The position numbers and the translations under genes were made by a program. A DNA stretch of 64,000 bases from the NCBI GenBank assembly GCA_039930765.1, contig JBDTTF010000106.1:30373-94372 (forward strand), in the 5' to 3' direction. The stretch comes from Gemmatimonadota bacterium (GTDB lineage: Bacteria > Gemmatimonadota > Gemmatimonadetes > Gemmatimonadales > GWC2-71-9). The notes below the pieces were generated by a model. The model worked only from the letters and a program-made list of their open reading frames with translations. It had not been told where the DNA came from and did not search any database. Positions 56,589 through 64,000 of this stretch are shown here, piece after piece (the first letter of the stretch is position 1; every line of letters begins with the position of its first letter).

Positions 56589-57137
56589 ATGACCCCCCTT
56601 CCAGGCCTGACCGATGAGACGGACGCCCGACTCGTTCAGGCTTATCGGACCGGGGATGAGCGGTCAGCGGCTGAACTGGTGCGGCGCCACGCACCGATGC
56701 TGGCGCGATTTCTGGCCGGGGCTGGGGCCTTTCCTTCCGAAGTCGAAGATCTCGTCCAGGAAGCACTGTTCCGGGCCTTTCGACGGATTGATTCGTGGCG
56801 CGGCGAAGCCTCTTTCCGGAGTTGGCTGCTCACCATCGGCGGCAACCTGCTCAAGGACGAGCACCGCAAGCGGAAGGGGCGGACCGTCATCTCGATCGAG
56901 GACCGGGAAATTCGGGATCCGGCCGATCCGGCGGGGCGGGTCGTCGCTGACGAGGTGGCTGACCGGATCCAGGCCGGCTTATTGAAGCTGCCGAGGCTGC
57001 AGCGGGAGGTCTTTCTCCTCCGGGCGCAGCAGGGTACCGAATACAAGGACATCGCGGCGGCGCTGGGCACCACTCCTGGCGCAGCTCGAGTCCACTTTCA
57101 CCACGCGGTCAAGGCACTGAAGGGATTGATCGAATGA
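56589..57137 (+). CDS. ECF-subfamily RNA polymerase sigma-70 factor
   Basis: Region 2 (LVQEALFRAFRRIDSWRGEASFRSWLLTI) and region 4 (LPRLQREVFLLRAQQGTEYKDIAAALG). Confidence 0.85.
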   Translation: MTPLPGLTDETDARLVQAYRTGDERSAAELVRRHAPMLARFLAGAGAFPSEVEDLVQEALFRAFRRIDSWRGEASFRSWLLTIGGNLLKDEHRKRKGRTVISIEDREIRDPADPAGRVVADEVADRIQAGLLKLPRLQREVFLLRAQQGTEYKDIAAALGTTPGAARVHFHHAVKALKGLIE

Positions 57138-57664
57138 ACCGCTGCGATGAGATGCTCGATCGGATGCCGGACCTGGCGCTTGGCCGGATGCCGATCCCGG
57201 CTGATTTCGAAGCCCACCTCGCCGGCTGCCAGAGCTGCCGGCTCAACTGGCAGGTCACCAGGGCCGGTTCGCTGCTTGGCGCCCCGGCCGCCGCGTCGAT
57301 CGATCCTGACCGGATAGCCGGGCAGGTCGTCGCCCGGCTGGCGGTGGCGCGGCAGGCCGACCGGCGGTGGCGCGGATGGGCATGGGGCACCGTCATGGCG
57401 GCGGCAGCGGCCCTGTCCCTGGTAGTCTACACCGGCCACGATTCAGGGACTTCGACGACGCTGCCTCCGGTGACCGCAGATAGATCCGTCGCCAGCTTCG
57501 AAGTTCCAGTGTCGGGGCTCGATGATCTCGACGCAACGGAGCTGCAGACGGTCTACGAACAGCTCGATGGCTCGCTGGAGGGGAGTGCCACCGTGGCCAC
57601 GCCCCACCTCGAGGAGCTGTCGCCCGATGAGATGCAGCAGGTCCTGAACTCCCTGGAGGGCTGA
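57134..57664 (+). CDS. anti-sigma factor (zf-HC2 type, single TM)
   Basis: The HLAGCQSCR zinc-finger motif is followed by the TM helix VMAAAAALSLVVY. ATGA overlap with the sigma gene. Confidence 0.7.
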   Translation: MNRCDEMLDRMPDLALGRMPIPADFEAHLAGCQSCRLNWQVTRAGSLLGAPAAASIDPDRIAGQVVARLAVARQADRRWRGWAWGTVMAAAAALSLVVYTGHDSGTSTTLPPVTADRSVASFEVPVSGLDDLDATELQTVYEQLDGSLEGSATVATPHLEELSPDEMQQVLNSLEG

Positions 57665-57666
57665 CG

Positions 57667-58164
57667 ATGCGGATTAGTGTGATACTCGGGCTGTTCCTGG
57701 CGCTGGCCGTGAACGCCGTACCGGCGCGTGCCCAGGATGACAGCGATCTGGCCGACCGCTCACAGCTGCTGCAGCGGATCCAGGACCGGTTCTCCGCCCA
57801 GGTCAAGGAGCAGCTTGGGCTGAACGATGTCCAGGCCGCAAAAATGAAGGAGACCACGGCCAACTGGTTCCTCAAGCGGCGGGATCTCGAAGGGCAGGAG
57901 CAGCGGTTGCGCCAGGCCATGGCCGCCCAGCTCCGGCCCGGGGTGGCCGCCAGCCGGGACAGCGTCAACCACCTGATCGACCGGCTGCTGACGATCAGGG
58001 TCAGCTATGCCGAGACATTCCGCGGCGAGGACAAGGAGCTTTCAGCGTATCTCGATCCGGTGCAGCGGGGCCAGTATTTCGTGCTCCGCGAGCGGCTGCT
58101 CGACCGGGTCCAGGAAGCCCGCCAGGCCAGGCAGCAGAACGGGCGCCGACGGCTGGTGCGCTAG
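57667..58164 (+). CDS. periplasmic LTXXQ-type (Spy/CpxP/ZraP-like) protein
   Basis: Signal peptide MRISVILGLFLALAVNAVPARAQD. Helical repeats LGLNDVQAAKMKE and LDPVQRGQYFVLRERL. Confidence 0.55.
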   Translation: MRISVILGLFLALAVNAVPARAQDDSDLADRSQLLQRIQDRFSAQVKEQLGLNDVQAAKMKETTANWFLKRRDLEGQEQRLRQAMAAQLRPGVAASRDSVNHLIDRLLTIRVSYAETFRGEDKELSAYLDPVQRGQYFVLRERLLDRVQEARQARQQNGRRRLVR

Positions 58165-58257
58165 CTGGCGGTCGTCCGGCCGAGGCCGCCAGCCTCTCGC
58201 TTTGCTCCCCGCCCGCCAGACCGGTAACTTCCCGGCTGCGCAATCCAGGGAGTTGTC

Positions 58258-58944
58258 GTGATCGATCCGCAATCCGGTTCCGTCCTGCTCCATATCCTGA
58301 CCAACCCTGTCGTGGCCACCATCCTCATATCGGCTGGCATCATCGGTGTTGTCACCGAGATCAAGGCCGGGGCGCATGGTCTTGGCCTGCTGGGCGGGAT
58401 GCTGGCGTTCGGGTTGTTCTTCGGTGCCAGCATCATGGTGGGCCTGGCCGGGTGGGGCACCATGCTGCTGCTGGGACTGGGTGTCCTTGCCATTGCCGTT
58501 GAGGTGTTTCTGCTCCCGGGGCACGGGGCTGCCGGTATCCTGGGTGCAGCGCTGGTCCTGGCCTCGATGGTCTCGGCGCTGATGGGAACCGCACCGACTC
58601 CCGCTGATGTCCTCCAGGCCATGGCCACGATCGCGGCCAGCGTGGCGCTGGTCGGCGCAGTGGCGTACGGCTGGATCCGGCACCTGCCATCGAGCGGGCG
58701 GTTCTCCGGGTTGCTGCACCTGACGTCGGCAGGCGCCTCAGCCGGCTACATCGCGGCACCGGCCCGGAATGACCTCATCGGCATTGTGGGGGTCGCGGTG
58801 ACCGACCTGCGGCCGGCCGGGACGATCGAGGTCAACGGAGAAAAGGTCGATGTGGTGACCGAGGGCGAGTACGTCCGGGCCGGCAGCAAGGTGACGGTGC
58901 TGCGGACCGAGTCGTACCGGCATATTGTGAAGGCAGTGATCTGA
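58258..58944 (+). CDS. NfeD-family membrane protein (short form, no ClpP-like protease domain)
   Basis: Hydrophobic helices followed by the C-terminal OB-fold GVAVTDLRPAGTIEVNGEKVDVVTEGEYVRAGSKVTVLR. GTG start. Confidence 0.75.
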   Translation: MIDPQSGSVLLHILTNPVVATILISAGIIGVVTEIKAGAHGLGLLGGMLAFGLFFGASIMVGLAGWGTMLLLGLGVLAIAVEVFLLPGHGAAGILGAALVLASMVSALMGTAPTPADVLQAMATIAASVALVGAVAYGWIRHLPSSGRFSGLLHLTSAGASAGYIAAPARNDLIGIVGVAVTDLRPAGTIEVNGEKVDVVTEGEYVRAGSKVTVLRTESYRHIVKAVI

Positions 58945-58990
58945 GTCGTGGGGTGGTTCAATTCCAAATCCTTTCTGACTGGAGTCAGCC

Positions 58991-59995
58991 GTGAACGACG
59001 TGAATGCGACGCTGCCGCTGCTGTTCGGGCTCGTGGTCGTCGGCATCATCTTCCTGGCCATCGTGTTCCGGTTCATCCCGCTCGGCCTCTGGCTTCAGGC
59101 CATGACCTCGGGAGTCCGGGTCTCGTTCATGACCCTGTTCGGGATGCGGTTCCGGCGGGTGAACCCCTCGGCCATCGTCCTGCCGCTCATCAATGCCCAC
59201 AAGGCCGGGATCGAACAGGTCGGGGTCAATGACCTCGAATCCCATTTCCTGTCCGGCGGCAACGTCGGACGGGTGGTGAATGCCCTGATCTCGGCGGACA
59301 AGGCCGGGATCCCGCTCAACTTCAAGCAAGCTGCCGCCATCGACCTCGCCGGGCGCGATGTGTTCGAGGCGGTGCAGGTCAGCGTGAATCCCAAGGTCAT
59401 CACCACGCCCAAGGTGGCGGCCATGGCCAAGAATGGCATTCAGCTGGTGGCCATTGCCCGGGTGACGGTGCGGGCCAACATCAACCGGCTGGTCGGCGGC
59501 GCCGGCGAGGAGACCATCCTGGCCCGGGTCGGCGAAGGCATTGTCTCGGCCATCGGGTCATGCGAGACCCACAAGCAGGTGCTGGAATCCCCCGATATCA
59601 TCTCGAAGACGGTGTTGGCCAAGGGGCTCGACGCGGGTACCGCATTCGAGATTCTCTCGATCGACATTGCCGACGTCGATGTGGGCAAGAACATCGGCGC
59701 GGCGCTCCAGACCGACCAGGCCGAAGCCGACAAGCGGATTGCCCAGGCCAAGGCGGAAGAGCGGCGGGCGCTGGCCGTGGCCATGGAACAGGAGTTCAAG
59801 GCCACCGCCCAGGAAATGAAGGCCAAGGTCATCGAGGCCGAGGCCCAGTTGCCGCTGGCCATGGCGGAGGCGTTCCGGAAGGGGTTGTTCGGGGTGATTG
59901 ATTACCAGAAGTACAAGAACCTCCAGGCCGACACCGCCATGCGGCAGGCCATCGCCGGCCAGACCGACCCGTCCGCCAGCGGCCAGGCCAGCTGA
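58991..59995 (+). CDS. floA: flotillin-like protein FloA (UPF0365/YqfA)
   Basis: Near-collinear with B. subtilis YqfA as I recall it: [71 protein letters not shown]. Confidence 0.9.
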   Translation: MNDVNATLPLLFGLVVVGIIFLAIVFRFIPLGLWLQAMTSGVRVSFMTLFGMRFRRVNPSAIVLPLINAHKAGIEQVGVNDLESHFLSGGNVGRVVNALISADKAGIPLNFKQAAAIDLAGRDVFEAVQVSVNPKVITTPKVAAMAKNGIQLVAIARVTVRANINRLVGGAGEETILARVGEGIVSAIGSCETHKQVLESPDIISKTVLAKGLDAGTAFEILSIDIADVDVGKNIGAALQTDQAEADKRIAQAKAEERRALAVAMEQEFKATAQEMKAKVIEAEAQLPLAMAEAFRKGLFGVIDYQKYKNLQADTAMRQAIAGQTDPSASGQAS

Positions 59996-59998
59996 TCG

Positions 59999-60565
59999 AT
60001 GGGCGGTACCATTGCGGTCCTGATCGTGGCCTTCGTGATCTACTCCAAGATCCGCGACGGGCTGAAGCGGGCGGGTATGCCGGGAGGGGGGCGGGGCGGC
60101 GATGACTCACGCCGCTCACCCAGCGCGGGCGGCACCAGCGGCGAGGTCTTCTCGCTGCAGCAGGTATTGGCCGAAATCCAGAAGGTCAAACAGCAGTCCC
60201 AGCAGGGGCAGTCAGCGGGGCGGAAACCCGCGACATTCAACCAGGCCCGAAGCAGTGTCCTGAACAGCCTGAAGCAGACGGGGCTGGCAGAGCGCGCCGC
60301 TGCCAGGCGCTACGCTATCGCACAGGTCCCTACGCGCGAATCGAGGCCCCTGGTTCGGGTTTCGGAACCCGTCACTGTCGTCACGGAGCCGGACGAGCCA
60401 CCGGTCGCGGTGAGCTCGACGGCCGCACCGCTGGAGTTGGTCGATGTGAACGCGGCTACGCCCGGAGTCGCGGCTCCAGCGCCGAGATTTACCGCGGCTC
60501 AGTTGCGTGATGCGGTGATCTGGCGGGAAATTCTCTCACCGCCAGTGTCGATGCGGGACGAGTAG
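59999..60565 (+). CDS. hypothetical single-TM protein downstream of floA
   Basis: N-terminal TM helix GTIAVLIVAFVIY followed by a low-complexity region. Starts 3 nt after floA. Conserved-looking tail LRDAVIWREILSPPVSMR. Confidence 0.5.
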   Translation: MGGTIAVLIVAFVIYSKIRDGLKRAGMPGGGRGGDDSRRSPSAGGTSGEVFSLQQVLAEIQKVKQQSQQGQSAGRKPATFNQARSSVLNSLKQTGLAERAAARRYAIAQVPTRESRPLVRVSEPVTVVTEPDEPPVAVSSTAAPLELVDVNAATPGVAAPAPRFTAAQLRDAVIWREILSPPVSMRDE

Positions 60566-60566
60566 A

Positions 60567-60595
60567 GGGGGGCAGGGGGCAGCAGGGCAGAGGGG
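60567..60595 (+). repeat. G-tract repeat (G6-CA-G5-CAGCA-G3-CAGA-G4), canonical G-quadruplex-forming pattern
   Basis: Read directly, immediately after the stop at 60563-60565. Confidence 0.6.
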
Positions 60596-60624
60596 CGCCG
60601 TGGTTACCGGCGCCCTTTCTTTTT
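60593..60624 (+). terminator. Rho-independent terminator for the floA operon
   Basis: 8-bp GC stem gggcgccg / cggcgccc with a 7-nt loop, followed by tttcttttt. The right arm lies in the ppa 3' coding end. Confidence 0.5.
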
Positions 60625-61227
60625 GGCAGCTGCGGTTTTTGCGGGCTTGGGGACCTTCGATTTACCGGCGCGCCCGGCCTTCTTGCCACTGTAGCTGTCC
60701 TGGTACCGTTCCATGGCCTCGAGAATGACAGCTTTGGCGGCATCGGCCTCCTCGAAGCCGCGGGTCCGGGTGGTCACCCCCTCAAGGTCCTTGTAGACCT
60801 GGAAGAAATGCTCCAGCTCCTTGAGGGCGTGGGGCGGTACATCGCCAAGCGAGCGGATGCCGGTCGAAAAGGGATCGCTGATCGGAACGGCCAGCACCTT
60901 TTCGTCTCCCCGTCCGCGGTCAATCAGGTGGAACAATCCGATCGGGCGGGCATCCAGCAGGCAGCCGGTGAATACGGGGACGGTGGTAAGGACCAGGATG
61001 TCGAGCGGGTCGTCGTCATCGCCCAGGGTCTGGGGAATGAAGCCGTAGTCGCCCGGGTAGTGGACCGCGCTGTACAGCACCCGGTCGAGCCGGAAGACAC
61101 CGAGGGTCTTGTCGAGCTCGTACTTGTTGCGGGTATTGGTGGGGATTTCGATCACGGCGGTCACGACGTCGGGTGGGGTCGGACCCACCGGGACGTCGTG
61201 CCAGTAATGAAAGTGTCCGTTCGTCAT
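60604..61227 (-). CDS. ppa: inorganic pyrophosphatase (family I) with basic C-terminal tail
   Basis: ATG 61227. VIEIPTNTRNKYELD, YPGDYGFIPQTLGDDDDPLDILVL and DEKVLAV motifs. The longer ORF to 61356 runs through the tRNA gene. Confidence 0.9.
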   Translation of the reverse strand: MTNGHFHYWHDVPVGPTPPDVVTAVIEIPTNTRNKYELDKTLGVFRLDRVLYSAVHYPGDYGFIPQTLGDDDDPLDILVLTTVPVFTGCLLDARPIGLFHLIDRGRGDEKVLAVPISDPFSTGIRSLGDVPPHALKELEHFFQVYKDLEGVTTRTRGFEEADAAKAVILEAMERYQDSYSGKKAGRAGKSKVPKPAKTAAAKKKGRR

Positions 61228-61304
61228 GGCTGAAAAGTAGTGGCCCGGGTGGTCCCGGCAACCGCGCTTGCCAGCGGGGCGGTGGCGGGGCAACTTTGGG
61301 CCCG

Positions 61305-61387
61305 GCCCGAGTGGCGGAATGGCAGACGCAGCGGACTCAAAATCCGCCGGGGGCAACCCCGTGCGAGTTCGACTCTCGCCTCGGGCA
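61305..61387 (+). tRNA. tRNA-Leu (anticodon CAA), type II with long variable arm, CCA not encoded
   Basis: Hand-folded. Acceptor GCCCGAG/CTCGGGC plus discriminator A. D stem GCG/CGC. Anticodon stem GCGGA/TCCGC with loop CTCAAAA. Variable arm GGGG..CCCC. T arm GCGAG-TTCGACT-CTCGC. Confidence 0.9.
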
Positions 61388-61411
61388 TTGCGAATCCTGC
61401 AGATGAAAGAT

Positions 61412-61438
61412 GCCGGTCAACGACCGGCGTGTTGGTTT
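61412..61438 (+). terminator. hairpin plus T-rich tract after tRNA-Leu
   Basis: Stem gccggtc / gaccggc (7 bp, 3-nt loop) followed by gtgttggtttc. Confidence 0.45.
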
Positions 61439-61458
61439 CGGCGTGACTGGCCCAGTCC

Positions 61459-61695
61459 TCAATCGCCGAGCTGCAGGACTCCCTGGATCGCGGCTGATCG
61501 CTGCCGACGAATGGCCGCCTCCAGCGCGACCAGGTCCATGGTCAAGGCCTCGATCATCTGTGCCTGGACCATGGTGGGGCTGGCCCGGTCCAGCGCCTTC
61601 AACTGGTCCTGCAGTTCCGCCAGTTCGTTCTCGAGTTGTTCGGGGTCCAGCACCGCCGGCTTGTACCGAAGTCGCGTACTCGCCCTTCGTGGCAT
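61459..61695 (-). CDS. hypothetical 78-aa coiled-coil protein
   Basis: ATG 61695 preceded by GAGGAGG. LDPEQLENELAELQDQLKALD heptads. The longer ORF to 61860 has no support. Confidence 0.45.
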   Translation of the reverse strand: MPRRASTRLRYKPAVLDPEQLENELAELQDQLKALDRASPTMVQAQMIEALTMDLVALEAAIRRQRSAAIQGVLQLGD

Positions 61696-61879
61696 CGCAT
61701 CCTCCTCAGGGGCAGGTCGGGGTGTCTGCTGCGAGGGATGATGTACGGCCTGGAGGCCGCTCGCGCCAGTCCTGGCCACTTCTGGCCGGCCCCGGCGGAC
61801 ATTAGGTTTTCGACTGACCGGTACCCGTACCATACTGACCAGCTCCGTTTCCCGATCCAATAACCACTCGAGGCCTCGC

Positions 61880-64000
61880 TTGGCCGATATTCCCTCCGCG
61901 CTGCAATTGGGGCTGGCCTCTGCCTACACGCTCGAGCGCGAGCTGGGGCAGGGTGGCATGGCAACGGTCTACCTGGCCACCGACCTCAAGCATCACCGCA
62001 AGGTTGCGGTCAAGGTGCTCCGTCCCGAACTGGCGGCGGTGCTCGGGGCCGATCGGTTCCTCCGCGAGATCGAAGTCACCGCCCAGCTGCAGCATCCCCA
62101 CATCATTCCGCTGTACGATTCCGGCTCGGTCAACGGCATCCTGTACTACGTGATGCCGCTGATCGAGGGAGAATCGCTGCGCGACAGGATTGCCCGTGAC
62201 AAGCGGATCCCGTTCGAAGAGGCGGTTCGGCTCACTGGAGAGGTGGCCAGCGCCCTGGGCTACGCGCATGAGCGCGGCCTGGTTCACCGGGATATCAAGC
62301 CGGAAAATATCCTGCTGTCGGGCGGCCATGCCGTCGTGGCCGATTTCGGCATTGCCCGCGCGCTGACGGCGGCCCAGCAGGGCGCCACGGCGGGGCTCAC
62401 CGGCGTCGGCTTCGCGATCGGCACGCCTGCCTACATGAGTCCCGAGCAGGCCACGGCCAGCGAGGTTGACGCTCGCAGCGATCAATATTCGCTGGCCGCC
62501 GTGTTCTACGAGATGGTGACGGGGGTGGCACCGTTCGCCGGTGAGACGGTGCAGGCGGTGCTCAGCCAGAGCCTGACTGCGCCGAGGCCGAAGCTGAGCA
62601 AGATCACCCGGGAAACACCGGCCGAGGCGGATGGACCGGTGGCCAAGGCGCTGGCCTCGGACCCCGCCGGGCGGTACGAGACCGTCAATGCGTTTGCGTC
62701 GGCGCTCGAACATGCCGCCGGCGGGGGCACCGGTGCGGTTGCCGAACGCCGGCGGCTCCGCCGCCTGGCGATCGGATTGCCGGCCGGCATTGCCGTCCTG
62801 GCCGGACTCTGGATCGCGTTCGGACCATCTCGCGCGGGTGCGGTGGTGGCAGGCGCGGAGAGCATTGCGGTGCTGCCGTTCAGCGCCTCGGGCGCTGGTG
62901 TCGAGACAATGAGCGAGGGGATGGTCGACCTCCTCTCAACCAATCTCAATACGGTCGGCGGAATCCACGTGACCGATCCGCGACTGGTGCTTACCACCTG
63001 GAAGAAGGCGGGCGGCACTGGTGGTGCGGACCTGACGACGGCGCTGACGGTGGCCCGAGGGGTGAAGGCCACGGCGGCGCTGGTGGGGAGCATCGTGGCC
63101 ACCGGGCCCCGGGTCCGGATCAGCGCCGATCTGTACGGCCAGGACCAGAAAGCGCTGGCCCATGCCCAGGTGGACGGGGCCAGCGACAGCATCCTGGCGC
63201 TGGTTGACGAGCTGAGCCTGTCACTGGTCCGCGAAATCTGGCGTTCCAAGGAGCCGGTCCCTTCGCTGCGAGTGGGCGGACTGACGACGAACTCGCTGGC
63301 CGCCATGCGTGAATACCTGGTCGGAGAGCAGCACTACCGCCGATCGGAGTGGGATTCCGCCTCCGCCGCATTCATCCGGGCCATCGAGCAGGACTCCACC
63401 TTTGCCCTGGCCCACTTCCGACTGGCCGCCACCATCGGCTGGTCAGGCGGACTCGGCGCCGAGCGCGGGTTGCAGGCCAGCGACGCGGCGCTGCGGTTTG
63501 CCGGCCGGCTGCCGGCACGCGAAAAGAGCCTGGTGACGGCGTACAACCTGTTCGAGCACCTCAAGCTCTCGGCCACCGACAGCATGCGGGCTTATGTATC
63601 CCGCTATCCTGACGACCTCGACGGGTGGTTCCTGCTCGGCGAGTCACAGTATCACACCCGGCAGCTGGTCGGGTATGACCCCGCCGTGCTCCGCGCGCCG
63701 TTCGACAGCGTGCTGGCCCGCGATTCGACGCTGACGCCAGCCGCGATTCACCCGCTCGAGATTTCGCTGGCCAGTGACGACCGGCCCCGGTATGACGCCT
63801 ATTACCGAATCCTGTCACAATCGGGGAATGAACTGGAGAACCTGGCCTACCACGGGGCGGGGGAGTTGGCGTTCGGCAGTGGCATCGTCGACAGCGCCAC
63901 CGCCAGGGCCATGGCCAGGTTCAGCGGCTCCGCGGCCTATATCTACAGCGGCTTCTCGGCGCCGAACGGCAATTCGGATTCGGTGATGCGGCGATTCGAT
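61880..64000 (+). CDS. Ser/Thr protein kinase with TM helix and periplasmic TolB-N-like/TPR region, 3' end off-window
   Basis: Absent from the ORF track because there is no stop in the window. I translated frame 2 by hand at the 5' end (61802-62150) and from 62702 to 64000 and saw no stop; 62150-62700 was read only in part. Motifs: G-loop GQGGMATVYLA, VAVKVL, HRDIKPENILL, DFGIA, SPEQA. TM helix LAIGLPAGIAVLAGLWIAF, then IAVLPFSA... and TPR-like repeats. TTG 61880 is the nearest start upstream of the G-loop. Confidence 0.85.
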   Translation, partial: MADIPSALQLGLASAYTLERELGQGGMATVYLATDLKHHRKVAVKVLRPELAAVLGADRFLREIEVTAQLQHPHIIPLYDSGSVNGILYYVMPLIEGESLRDRIARDKRIPFEEAVRLTGEVASALGYAHERGLVHRDIKPENILLSGGHAVVADFGIARALTAAQQGATAGLTGVGFAIGTPAYMSPEQATASEVDARSDQYSLAAVFYEMVTGVAPFAGETVQAVLSQSLTAPRPKLSKITRETPAEADGPVAKALASDPAGRYETVNAFASALEHAAGGGTGAVAERRRLRRLAIGLPAGIAVLAGLWIAFGPSRAGAVVAGAESIAVLPFSASGAGVETMSEGMVDLLSTNLNTVGGIHVTDPRLVLTTWKKAGGTGGADLTTALTVARGVKATAALVGSIVATGPRVRISADLYGQDQKALAHAQVDGASDSILALVDELSLSLVREIWRSKEPVPSLRVGGLTTNSLAAMREYLVGEQHYRRSEWDSASAAFIRAIEQDSTFALAHFRLAATIGWSGGLGAERGLQASDAALRFAGRLPAREKSLVTAYNLFEHLKLSATDSMRAYVSRYPDDLDGWFLLGESQYHTRQLVGYDPAVLRAPFDSVLARDSTLTPAAIHPLEISLASDDRPRYDAYYRILSQSGNELENLAYHGAGELAFGSGIVDSATARAMARFSGSAAYIYSGFSAPNGNSDSVMRRFD

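Noticed and set aside
61227-61900. Integrated element at tRNA-Leu
   Set aside because: There is no integrase, excisionase or phage-like gene next to the tRNA. I did not see a direct repeat of the tRNA 3' end downstream.

Overview
High-GC (about two-thirds G+C by eye), densely coding bacterial chromosomal segment. I saw no rRNA, CRISPR array or mobile-element gene. Taxon cues suggest a Gemmatimonadota/Acidobacteriota-like soil bacterium, by inference only: a CarboxypepD_reg-type TonB receptor, a GMATVYLA-type Ser/Thr kinase with a periplasmic TPR ectodomain, and many GTG/TTG or SD-less starts.

Gene content in order:
- A translationally coupled chain: HEAT protein, HD-GYP, trpA, GAF-MCP, folK, panB, panC.
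- yqeK-like HD protein, LytR_C protein, DUF1801/YdeI protein.
- A divergent cluster holding every dedicated serine-cycle enzyme: glycerate 2-kinase opposite sga-mcl-mtkA-mtkB-hprA-ppc.
- rlmN, ptsN-like EIIA, aspS.
- phoH, 7TM-HD protein, ybeY, two CorC-like genes, mgtE.
- TonB-dependent receptor and a lipoprotein.
- A tightly packed operon: meaB, B12 acyl-CoA mutase large subunit, eRF1-like protein, HAD hydrolase, mutase B12 subunit, carboxyltransferase, S8 lipoprotein protease, enoyl-CoA hydratase, tiny membrane ORF.
- recQ, PQQ-type sugar dehydrogenase, acyl-CoA dehydrogenase, MOSC protein.
- RNase G/E with a long leader, then rplU-rpmA.
- Two secreted amidohydrolases.
- tetR-thiolase-GDPD operon.
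- ECF sigma, anti-sigma, LTXXQ protein, NfeD, FloA, membrane protein.
- ppa, tRNA-Leu(CAA), and a 3'-truncated Ser/Thr kinase.

Most notable observations:
1. The single-locus serine-cycle gene set in a genome that does not look proteobacterial.
2. The mutase carries the isobutyryl-CoA-mutase (Phe/Gln) substrate signature rather than the methylmalonyl-CoA-mutase (Tyr/Arg) one. Its two subunits are split by an eRF1/Pelota-like (baeRF-type) gene and a HAD gene.
3. Perfect or near-perfect 7-9 nt tandem repeats recur in spacers and often start within a few nt of stop codons on the sense strand. One is a 9-mer x7 array abutting the rplU promoter.
4. An ECF sigma module is physically linked to NfeD-FloA.
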